Source: Promethearchaeota archaeon
GTDB taxonomy: Archaea; Asgardarchaeota; Lokiarchaeia; Sigyniarchaeales; SOKP01
Reading direction: 5' to 3'
Length of the DNA stretch: 32,000 bases
Assembly: GCA_030606485.1 (NCBI GenBank)
Contig: JAUWGH010000009.1
Coordinates: forward strand, 60,001-92,000
In this document: positions 16,877-25,277 of the stretch, in pieces
How positions within the stretch are numbered: the stretch's first letter is position 1
Layout of the letters: each line of letters starts with the position of its first letter
Program-made: the position numbers and the translations under genes
The notes under the pieces: model-generated
Database searches by the model: none
The model's input: only the letters and a program-made list of their open reading frames with translations
What the model was told of the DNA's origin: nothing

Positions 16877-19800
16877 ATGTCTACTAAAAAATTAACAGCA
16901 TCAATTTTATTATTAGTAATTGGTGGTCTTTTAATAACGAGTGGATTTGTGACAAACGATTACCTTCGTAGTGAAGTCTCTAAAGGGGTTCCTGATGCTC
17001 TTTTGGCTATTAAAGATCAAGTAGAACTTGAAATAGAAGAAACTGTTAAGATTAATGGAGTTCCTGTGGTTCTTTTGGGAATTAAAGAAGGAGCTCTCCC
17101 AGAATTTGAAGATAATGTGGAGACTGAAGCAATTCTTGAAGTTCTTAAGACAGTAAAAGGAATGGCAATTCCAGAATTTGATGATAATATCAAGACCCAA
17201 GCAATTCCTGAGGTTTTAGCTGGAATTAAAACTCAAATTATTCCAGAAATTGAAAAAATGGTCAATTTTACAGCATATCTTAATACTCTTATTGAAACTA
17301 AAACTCAATTCATTCCAGAAATTGAAAAGATGGTTAATTTTACAGCTTATCTTGAGACTTTAAACGAAACTAAAAACAAAGCATTGGAATTTTTACCTGA
17401 TATAGTCAATGGTTCAACCGCAGCAAAACTAATTAATCAAACCATAGATTTTTTATATTACTATAATTTTTCGGACTGGACTCTTGCCAAAGAACATTAC
17501 TTCAATAATTATACTATCCAAGTAAATACAACGTGTCCAGTTATGGGTGTTTCAGAATATATGCATTCTATTGTCCCAGTACTCACTAACCTCTCCTATA
17601 CGACTGCTGCTCAAGATTATTTATTATACGGAAATGCACCTTATAATTTACCAGGAATAATAACGGATACTGAATTGGGTAAGGGACTCTTAGAATTTAT
17701 GGGATACTATGCGTTAGGAGCAGCTGGAAATCTCACGATACAGGGCTTAATGACATTAGGTTACAATGCTACTTGGGATCAAATTACGTATCTAGCAGGA
17801 TATATAAACAACTATTTGTGGACAACCATAGTTCCTGCGGTGATTTGGGCTCAATACGGAATGACAACCTCTGATTTTGCAATATTTATGTTCCATGCGC
17901 AATGGGCTAATGCCACGTTTGCCGAAGCTGGACTTGACTTGAGTCTTTTTATTGAAGGATATGATGACCCCCTCTATGGATTTGAAGCGGGTATTCCGAT
18001 CAAAACTAATATTTCTTATATGACAGCTTTAGATCTCTGGGATCATATGAATTCCTCATCCTTTGTGAATGATACTGGACTTATGCTATGGGTTGGTGCA
18101 TTAGCTGGGGATCCTGCTAGTTATACTAACTTAAAAACAACTTTTGGTCTGAATGATACTCAAATGGGAATAGTGCTTTATTGGTTACATGATTGGATGA
18201 CAGATGTTGCCCCAATTCTTTTTGAGACTGAAAAAGGGATATCACTGGAGGCAGCTCCAGAAATTATATTCTATGAGCAATGGGCTAATGGTACAATTTT
18301 CGGTGAGGTTATGTTTCCACCACCAGGAATTAACTTTAATGAATTTCTTGGCCTCCCTGGTTACCTCTATGGGTTTGAAGTGGGTATTTATCCATATGGA
18401 TCTAATATTTCGCTTACGACGGCCATAGATCTCTGGAATCCGTCATACTCCTATTCACTTATCAATAATGTTGGACTTATGCTATGGCTTGGTGCATTAG
18501 CAGAATTACCCACCCCTGGTGCTAACTATACTTTCTTAAATACGACTTTTGGTTTGGGAAATGATAAAATGATGGCACTCCTTGGCTGGTTATATAATTG
18601 GACAGTCATTGTTGCACCAACTCTCTTTTATTATGAATATCTCATAACATTGGATGTTGCTCCAGAATATATGTTCTATGAACAATGGGCAAATGGTACG
18701 ATGCTTGGGGAGGAAATGTTTCTAGGCGGACTTGATTTCAGTGATTTTATTGAGGAGTTAGTTGGACCTGTCATTGGATTTGAAGTTGGACTTCCACCCA
18801 ATCCATCAAATATTTCGTTTACATCTGCTAAGGCTCTATGGAATATTTCAAATCCATATTCATTTATCAATACAATCACCGGATTTGGATCTTGGTATTT
18901 AGCAGGAGTTGAAGAAAATGCAACAATAGTGAGTTTATTAAACGTAACTTTTGGTCTGGCTTCGGGGCAAATTGAATTAATTATCGATTGGTTATTTAAA
19001 ACAGTTAAGGAAAATATTGTTCCACCATTCTTTGCACTCCCAGAGGCTTTAGGAGGAAAAGGAATGACAACAACGGTTTATGCAGAAATTTTATTATATG
19101 AACAATGGGCTAATGCAACTATTGAAGGTCAACCTCAATATCCAGATGGAATTGATCTCCCAGTTCCAGGAGGGGAAGCACTTAAAGGACTCTTTGAAGT
19201 AGGTGTTCCAACCTCCTCTGGTATTTCGCTTACGGCATGTTATGCTCTTTGGGATGATACAAATCCCTCATCATTTATAAATGATACTGGACTTCAGAAA
19301 TGGCGCGATGCAGCTACAGAATTTGACGTTTTGTTAAATTTAAGTGGAACATTTGGGCTGGATATATCCCAAATGGGATTAATGCTCAACTGGTTAGATG
19401 ATATTATTGATATTTTCGTTCCAGCTCTTTTTGCTGATCCAACATTGGGAAAAGGAATGACAATACCAGCATATGCAGAAACTCTGTTCTATGAACAATG
19501 GGCTAATGGTACGATTCTTGGTGAAAAAGAATATCCACAAGGATTGGATCTAGGTGAAGGTCTTACCGGTTTTGAAGTAGGTATTCCAACAGCATCAAAT
19601 ATTTCGCTTGCGATATGTGAACTTCTCTGGAATGAGTTAAATGTCTCAACATTTGTCAATGATACTGGAATTGGTAAATGGCTTGATGCAGCTACAAATA
19701 CTACAGTTCAAGCTGAATTACGCACAACCTTTGGTTTGAATGCAACCCAAATGAGTTTAATCCTTAATTGGCTATGGGAGAATTCATTTAAAGACGATGT

Positions 19801-20320
19801 TGTCCCAATTCTCGCAGCAGAAGAGTTAGGAATGTCCTTATCGGATTATGCAGAAGATCTATTCTTTGAACAGTGGGCTAATTGTACGATTCTTGGTGAG
19901 AAAATGTTTCCAGAAGGAATTGTACTCCCAATTGGTGATCTCACAGGAGTAGAAGTAGGTTGTCCGACAGCATCAAATATTTCGTTATCAGTTGCTGAAA
20001 TTCTTTTTGATGATACAAATCCCTCATCAATAGTTGACCCCAGTGGTCTTCAGAAATGGTATAGGGCAGCGGATTCAAACTCTAGCGAATATTCTGAATT
20101 AAAGGTAAAATTTGACTTAACAGATACTCAAATGGGAATGATAACCACGTGGTTAAATAACTTTAGAGACAGTGTTGTTCCTGTTCTTGCAAAAGAACAA
20201 ATGGGACTACCAGCAGATCCATATACACTAGGTAGTGGGTTATTCCTTGGAATGGCTATAGGAGGAGTTTGCTTAGCAGCTCTCGGTGTAGTTGTATTAT
20301 TATTATCTAGAAGAACATAA
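16877..20320 (+). CDS. Large two-TM cell-surface repeat glycoprotein (six ~130-aa QWAN repeats), function unknown
   Basis: 1147 aa with a hydrophobic helix at each end, very short basic termini (MSTKK, RRT), an acidic ectodomain and about 38 N-x-S/T sequons by manual count. Confidence 0.85.
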   Translation: MSTKKLTASILLLVIGGLLITSGFVTNDYLRSEVSKGVPDALLAIKDQVELEIEETVKINGVPVVLLGIKEGALPEFEDNVETEAILEVLKTVKGMAIPEFDDNIKTQAIPEVLAGIKTQIIPEIEKMVNFTAYLNTLIETKTQFIPEIEKMVNFTAYLETLNETKNKALEFLPDIVNGSTAAKLINQTIDFLYYYNFSDWTLAKEHYFNNYTIQVNTTCPVMGVSEYMHSIVPVLTNLSYTTAAQDYLLYGNAPYNLPGIITDTELGKGLLEFMGYYALGAAGNLTIQGLMTLGYNATWDQITYLAGYINNYLWTTIVPAVIWAQYGMTTSDFAIFMFHAQWANATFAEAGLDLSLFIEGYDDPLYGFEAGIPIKTNISYMTALDLWDHMNSSSFVNDTGLMLWVGALAGDPASYTNLKTTFGLNDTQMGIVLYWLHDWMTDVAPILFETEKGISLEAAPEIIFYEQWANGTIFGEVMFPPPGINFNEFLGLPGYLYGFEVGIYPYGSNISLTTAIDLWNPSYSYSLINNVGLMLWLGALAELPTPGANYTFLNTTFGLGNDKMMALLGWLYNWTVIVAPTLFYYEYLITLDVAPEYMFYEQWANGTMLGEEMFLGGLDFSDFIEELVGPVIGFEVGLPPNPSNISFTSAKALWNISNPYSFINTITGFGSWYLAGVEENATIVSLLNVTFGLASGQIELIIDWLFKTVKENIVPPFFALPEALGGKGMTTTVYAEILLYEQWANATIEGQPQYPDGIDLPVPGGEALKGLFEVGVPTSSGISLTACYALWDDTNPSSFINDTGLQKWRDAATEFDVLLNLSGTFGLDISQMGLMLNWLDDIIDIFVPALFADPTLGKGMTIPAYAETLFYEQWANGTILGEKEYPQGLDLGEGLTGFEVGIPTASNISLAICELLWNELNVSTFVNDTGIGKWLDAATNTTVQAELRTTFGLNATQMSLILNWLWENSFKDDVVPILAAEELGMSLSDYAEDLFFEQWANCTILGEKMFPEGIVLPIGDLTGVEVGCPTASNISLSVAEILFDDTNPSSIVDPSGLQKWYRAADSNSSEYSELKVKFDLTDTQMGMITTWLNNFRDSVVPVLAKEQMGLPADPYTLGSGLFLGMAIGGVCLAALGVVVLLLSRRT
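17012..17443 (+). repeat. Six in-frame 72-nt (24-aa) tandem repeats
   Basis: Lys at residues 46, 70, 94, 118, 142 and 166. Units at 17228 and 17300 are near-identical (KTQIIPEIEKMVNFTAYLNTLIET / KTQFIPEIEKMVNFTAYLETLNET). Confidence 0.8.
17891..20210 (+). repeat. Six in-frame 375-420 nt (125-140 aa) repeats
   Basis: QWAN codons start at 17900, 18278, 18683, 19103, 19496 and 19871. Each is followed by variants of GFEVG, SNIS, LW, W..A, TFGL and WL. Confidence 0.92.
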
Positions 20321-20365
20321 AGGAATCTACAATAACAATAATAAATAATATAAAAATTAACTTTC

Positions 20366-20375
20366 TTTTTTTTTT
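20366..20375 (+). terminator. Oligo-T terminator candidate
   Basis: T10 run 45 nt after the stop at 20320. Confidence 0.45.
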
Positions 20376-20439
20376 ATTTTGTTCCTTGACAGATTTAATT
20401 ATTTTTTGGATTTTCAACCTTTTTTTAAAAGAGAAATAT

Positions 20440-20826
20440 AAAAATAAATAAGAAAACATAAAAATAAAAAAACTTAATCAAAATTTAAAGGTGATTTTAA
20501 TGGCTACTATTGAAGAGATTAAAAATACATTGCATAATTGGGCAAAAATGTTAGAAAACCCTGAAATTGCAGATGAATTTGAAGGATACAATAAAATAAT
20601 GCAATTTATATTTCCTGACATTAATTTAAACTTACAATTGGTTTTTAAAGATAAAACTGCAAAAGTTGTAGATGGGTTTAATGATAAAGCGGAAATGAGT
20701 TTAAAAGTTAATTCGGATCTCTTTATTGGCATATCCACTGGAGATATTGATCCAATGGAAGCATTTATGAATGGCGAACTAAAACCTAAAGGAGATTTAG
20801 CTGATTTGGAAAAATTGGAAATTTTT
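20440..20826 (+). repeat. Direct repeat, copy 2 (upstream element plus SCP2 coding region)
   Basis: Partner of 16062-16446. Confidence 0.85.
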
Positions 20827-20841
20827 ATGGATATAGATTAG
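20500..20841 (+). CDS. SCP2 sterol/lipid-binding domain protein
   Basis: 113 aa with the SCP2 C-terminal signature GDIDPMEAFMNGELKPKGD. AGGTGAT at 20489-20495 places the start at ATG 20500, not GTG 20491. Confidence 0.85.
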   Translation: MATIEEIKNTLHNWAKMLENPEIADEFEGYNKIMQFIFPDINLNLQLVFKDKTAKVVDGFNDKAEMSLKVNSDLFIGISTGDIDPMEAFMNGELKPKGDLADLEKLEIFMDID

Positions 20842-20911
20842 AAGAGCTTTTCTCCTCCATATTTTTTCCCATATTAAAGCACACTTGAAAAAAGGATTAA
20901 GAAGTAAGAGA

Positions 20912-21679
20912 TTAATTAAAAAAATCTCCATGTTTTCCTTTCCCTTCTATAAATACCTGAGATCCTTTTAAGTGTTCTTCACTTGCTAAAGTTTTAAGAC
21001 CATGTTCAAATTCATTTGCTAATGCATCTTTTAAATTTAATCCAAATTGTTCATATACCGAAAATCGATCCTCTCTAAGACATGATTGTGGAAATGAAGC
21101 AATTTCTCTGGCTAATTTTTCAGCCTCCTCTCTTGACTTATCAACATCAACAACTTGATTTGCAAGACCCATCCTAAATGCCTCTTCAGCAGTAATAGGT
21201 CGTCCTGTAAGTATCATATCCAATGCATTACTTAATCCAATTAATCTTGGAAGGCGTACCGTACCACCGTCGATAAGTGGGACTCCAAACCTCCGGCAAA
21301 AAACTCCAAAAACTGCATTTTTTTCAACAATTCGCAAATCACACCATAAAGCGAGCTCTAATCCTCCAGCAACTGCATATCCAGCAACTGCAGCAATAAC
21401 GGGTTTTGATAAAACCAACCTAGTTGGTCCCATTGGGCCATCTCCTTTCTTCTCTATTCTATTTCCATTTCCCATGGCTATTGCCTTTAGATTTGCACCC
21501 GAACAAAATATCCCATTTGCACCCCAAAGAACCGCTACACGTGCATTCCCATCCTGTTCAAACTCTCGAAACGCATTTGCAAGTGAAGTAGCGCTTTTTC
21601 GATCAATTGCATTCTTAACTTCAGGATTATCAATAATTACTGTAGTTATCACTCCATCTTTTTCTACTCTTATTCCCAT
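20912..21679 (-). CDS. Crotonase/enoyl-CoA hydratase family protein
   Basis: FCSGANLK, KPVIAAVAGYAVAGGLELALWCDLR, FGVPLIDGGTVRLPRLIG, MILTGR. Confidence 0.92.
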   Translation of the reverse strand: MGIRVEKDGVITTVIIDNPEVKNAIDRKSATSLANAFREFEQDGNARVAVLWGANGIFCSGANLKAIAMGNGNRIEKKGDGPMGPTRLVLSKPVIAAVAGYAVAGGLELALWCDLRIVEKNAVFGVFCRRFGVPLIDGGTVRLPRLIGLSNALDMILTGRPITAEEAFRMGLANQVVDVDKSREEAEKLAREIASFPQSCLREDRFSVYEQFGLNLKDALANEFEHGLKTLASEEHLKGSQVFIEGKGKHGDFFN

Positions 21680-21789
21680 TTTTTGAACCTTTTTTATTAT
21701 TGAAGATTTAATTAATATATTTCATCAATTAAAAAATCTTTAACTATATTAAAAATTAAATTAATTAATATTATTAAGGAGAAATAAAA

Positions 21790-22914
21790 ATGGAACCCAT
21801 TGGATATAGTAAGAAAAAGGCTAGTGAAGCTCTTGAAAAAAACAACATTGATATTTTAATTGCTTCTACGCCAGTGAATGTTTTTTACACAACTGGAGTG
21901 CCAACGCTCCATGTTGCTCATAATCCTATTCTATATGTTTTATATAATCAGTATCCAACCTTATCCTTAGTTCGTAGAGATGGAGAGGAAAGTCTAATAA
22001 TTTGGATGGTATATAGTAGTGTAGAGAAATTTTCTTGGGTAAAAAACGTGAATGGGATTGCTTCTCCAAAGGCAGCTATGAAAGAAGTTTCAGATAAGAT
22101 AGAAGAATGGAACTTATCTAACAAAACGATTGGTCTTGAATCCCTAATGCCGAGATATCAATCTGAATTTTTACAAAAAAAATTTCCGAATGCAACATTT
22201 GTTAATGGAGATCAAGCTTTTTTAGATATGCGATTGATTAAAACAGAAGAAGAAGTAAAGCGAATAAAAAAATCTACTGAGATCTCCGAAAAGGCAATAA
22301 TGAATATGATTGATTCCATAAGAGTGGGTATAATTGACAATGAATTACTCAAAATCGCAAGGCGGACTATTATTGATGAGGGTGCAGAAGGCTGGGACCA
22401 CTTAACATTAGGTATTGGTTCATCAGATCCAGAAGCACCTGGAGTTGGAACTATAATGAACCGTGGGGATATATCAAGATTTGATATTGGAACAATTTGG
22501 AAAGGATATGTTTCAGATGTGAGTAGAGAAGCTGTAATTGGGGAAATCCCTGAAGGTGGAAAAGAAGTAATGGATCGTACGATCCAAGTGCAGGAATATT
22601 GCGTTGATAATATTAAACCTGGAATAAATATTAAGGAATTCAATACTAACGCAAAAAAATTTGCGAAATCACTAAAAAAGAGAGGTTTAACTATTATTAC
22701 AGGGCATAGTATTGGGTTAGAATGTGAGGAGGTTCATTTGTTCAGTCCTATGAAGACATTAAATATCGAATTTGAGGAAAATATGGTTCTTGATATAGAA
22801 GTTTGGCAAAATCTTACGGGTGCTGGGTTAGTTGGAATAGAGGATTGTTATAGAATTACTAGTTCTGGTTGCGAAAGACTTTCAAGTCTTGATAAAAATA
22901 TCTTTATTAAATAA
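21790..22914 (+). CDS. M24 family (aminopeptidase P/creatinase fold) metallohydrolase
   Basis: Creatinase-like N-domain, RLIKTEEE, DIG....GYVSD, GHSIGL, DIE, IED. AAGGAGA RBS. Confidence 0.85.
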   Translation: MEPIGYSKKKASEALEKNNIDILIASTPVNVFYTTGVPTLHVAHNPILYVLYNQYPTLSLVRRDGEESLIIWMVYSSVEKFSWVKNVNGIASPKAAMKEVSDKIEEWNLSNKTIGLESLMPRYQSEFLQKKFPNATFVNGDQAFLDMRLIKTEEEVKRIKKSTEISEKAIMNMIDSIRVGIIDNELLKIARRTIIDEGAEGWDHLTLGIGSSDPEAPGVGTIMNRGDISRFDIGTIWKGYVSDVSREAVIGEIPEGGKEVMDRTIQVQEYCVDNIKPGINIKEFNTNAKKFAKSLKKRGLTIITGHSIGLECEEVHLFSPMKTLNIEFEENMVLDIEVWQNLTGAGLVGIEDCYRITSSGCERLSSLDKNIFIK

Positions 22915-22929
22915 AATAGGTGATTAAAA

Positions 22930-23706
22930 ATAAGATTAAAAGATAAAATTGTAATATTAACTGGTGCAGCCTCCGGTATTGGGAGATCTACGGCAATTTT
23001 ATTAGCTAAAGAGGGAGCGATTCAGATTATTTCAGATATTAATGAAGTAGGTTTAAAAGAAACATATGAAATGATAAAAGATGGAAAAGAAAATACAATA
23101 TTTATGAAAGTGGATGTAACTAAACCCGCTGAAGTTAAAGACATGATTGATACTACCATAAAAAAATATGGAAAAATAGATATATTGATATGTAATGCTG
23201 GTGTTGTAAGAGTAGGTCCCATTGAAGACTTTCCAGATGAGGATTATGATTTATTGATTGATGTTAATCTTAAGGGTACCTATTATACATGTAAATATGC
23301 TGTTCCATATTTTAAAAATCAAAAATTTGGTTCAATTATAACCTTAGCTTCAGTTGCCGCTCATATTGGACAAGTCAATCATGCAAATTATTGCTCCACT
23401 AAAGCTGGAATTTTAGGATTCACAAGAGCTTTAGCGTTAGATTTGGCTCCTTATGGAGTTCGTGTAAATAGTGTGAGTCCAGGAGCCACCGATACTCCAA
23501 TGCTACAGGGTGATGTGGCTAAACAAGCAAGAGACAGAGGGGTTGATTATGAAGTTATAAAGAAAGAATTTGAAGAGGAGGGAGTAATAGGTAGATGGGC
23601 AGAACCCGAAGAAATTGCTGCTGGAATTCTCTTTTTAGCAACTAATGAGTCATCTTATATGACGGGAGCTGATTTACGTCTAGATGGTGGTTGGACTACG
23701 AGATAA
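22930..23706 (+). CDS. Short-chain dehydrogenase/reductase, probable ATA start
   Basis: The frame upstream of ORF-track start 23071 encodes (I)RLKDKIVILTGAASGIG, with an in-frame TGA at 22921. Also CNAG, YCSTK, NSVSPG and LDGG. AGGTGAT at 22918-22924. Confidence 0.88.
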   Translation: MRLKDKIVILTGAASGIGRSTAILLAKEGAIQIISDINEVGLKETYEMIKDGKENTIFMKVDVTKPAEVKDMIDTTIKKYGKIDILICNAGVVRVGPIEDFPDEDYDLLIDVNLKGTYYTCKYAVPYFKNQKFGSIITLASVAAHIGQVNHANYCSTKAGILGFTRALALDLAPYGVRVNSVSPGATDTPMLQGDVAKQARDRGVDYEVIKKEFEEEGVIGRWAEPEEIAAGILFLATNESSYMTGADLRLDGGWTTR

Positions 23707-23774
23707 ACAAAAATATATTTATAGTTAATTCTTTTTAATTTTTCTGCTTAAATAAAGAGCTTTTCATTAAGACC

Positions 23775-23788
23775 AAAAAAAAAAAAAA
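23775..23788 (-). terminator. Oligo-T terminator candidate (T14 on minus strand)
   Basis: A14 run 23 nt beyond the stop of the minus-strand MFS gene. Confidence 0.45.
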
Positions 23789-23811
23789 TATATTTAAAAA
23801 TAATTTTCTCT

Positions 23812-25164
23812 TTATTCTTCTTTTTCCCAATCGAAATCAAGTTTTACAAATTTTCTGGAGTAGAAATAAGCAACAATTAATATTAAAGAACATATTGGCC
23901 CCCATATTACATGTCCTATAGAAAAGGTTGCCGTCCCAACATCTATTTTGGGTAATTCCAATAGAACCCCCATAATAAGAATACCTACTATTTGGAAGAG
24001 ATTTAGAACTATACTAGGAAAGCCTTTATAAATTCCTGCTTTTAATTCGCCCGTTGTTTTTTCGTCATCTTCAGTAATATCTGAAATGAAAACAGGAGGA
24101 AGTAAAAACCAGCCAGCCATGGCCCCAGCCAATCCTAGGATAAATAATATTCCAAATATAATGGATGAATCCATAGGTATCAAACCTAACAAAGAGAATG
24201 GAAGGATAATAATTGCTACTAGAAAAATATATAAAAGACTTCTTTTTTTTCCTAATTTGTGTACTAGCCTCCTCCATATATATAAGAAAGTTAATATCCC
24301 TATTATGAAAATAACTGATGCTATAATATTAGTCATGAAGTCAAAAATTAAAACTACTACAATGTATTGTAACATTAATGAGCCTATCATTATCCAAGCC
24401 ACACTAGCGAGACCGATCATTATGATTACTAATATATAATTCTTATTTTTTAGAATTATTTTTAAATTCTGAAATATATTAGAATCTATCTTAAAATGTG
24501 GTTCTGTAGGCATTAAAAAGGTAGCCAAATAAAATAGTACTACTGGAATAATCCCAAATATTAATACACTATATAAAAATTCTGGTGGAATAATATCTGG
24601 GTTTGTTTGGATATCATCAATACAAGCTGTTAAAACTACCATTGAAAAAATCGTAATTACTGCCGTTCCAATCATACCAAAAATTTGTTGATATTGAGAC
24701 GATTTGGGTCTATCATCAACTCTAAATTGTTCAGTCATCCAAGATCCATATGGTGTAGTAACACCATAACATAGATTAAAAATTTGATACCATACTAATA
24801 ACCACATAAATAATATGCTGGCATCAGTGATATCTAATACTAAACCTGGCAATAGTAAAAAAAAGAAGGATACTCCAAGTATTGGACTCAAAATAATTAA
24901 ATATGGTTTTCTTCTTCCCAATCGTGTATATTTCGCATCACTAATCCATCCAAAAAAGAATTGAGAGGCAGCAATAGTAAGTTTTCCTAATGCCATAGCA
25001 ACAGTTGTGATAAATGGAGGTAAACCATAAGCCAAACTATAAAGGGTAAATAAAGCCAAATCTGCAAATGTCATCAGAACAGATGTTCCGAATTTTGGCA
25101 TCCCAAAGAAGAGAAATTTACTTGTTTTACTTTTACTCCATAGCTTAATTTCTTTTTCACTCAT
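23812..25164 (-). CDS. MFS transporter, GPH (MelB-like) family, paralog A
   Basis: About 12 hydrophobic helices, GWISDAKYTRLGRRKPY loop motif, D..EDDE..TGE.KAG.Y motif. Confidence 0.88.
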   Translation of the reverse strand: MSEKEIKLWSKSKTSKFLFFGMPKFGTSVLMTFADLALFTLYSLAYGLPPFITTVAMALGKLTIAASQFFFGWISDAKYTRLGRRKPYLIILSPILGVSFFFLLLPGLVLDITDASILFMWLLVWYQIFNLCYGVTTPYGSWMTEQFRVDDRPKSSQYQQIFGMIGTAVITIFSMVVLTACIDDIQTNPDIIPPEFLYSVLIFGIIPVVLFYLATFLMPTEPHFKIDSNIFQNLKIILKNKNYILVIIMIGLASVAWIMIGSLMLQYIVVVLIFDFMTNIIASVIFIIGILTFLYIWRRLVHKLGKKRSLLYIFLVAIIILPFSLLGLIPMDSSIIFGILFILGLAGAMAGWFLLPPVFISDITEDDEKTTGELKAGIYKGFPSIVLNLFQIVGILIMGVLLELPKIDVGTATFSIGHVIWGPICSLILIVAYFYSRKFVKLDFDWEKEE

Positions 25165-25277
25165 ATCAATTTCACATATTTATTAATAAATTTTTTAAGT
25201 AAATTGTAAATAAAATTCTTCCTCATGATTTATAAAGTTTTATTCAAATAGCAACTAAAAAAATTTTAACTTTATTT

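Noticed and set aside
16877-20320. Calling the large protein an S-layer protein or CD36
   Set aside because: No sequence-level match can be shown without a search; only topology and context are available, so it is kept as a hypothesis.
16062-20826. Composite transposon or integrated element bounded by the direct repeats
   Set aside because: No transposase, integrase, terminal inverted repeats or short target-site duplication. The repeats are diverged gene paralogs.
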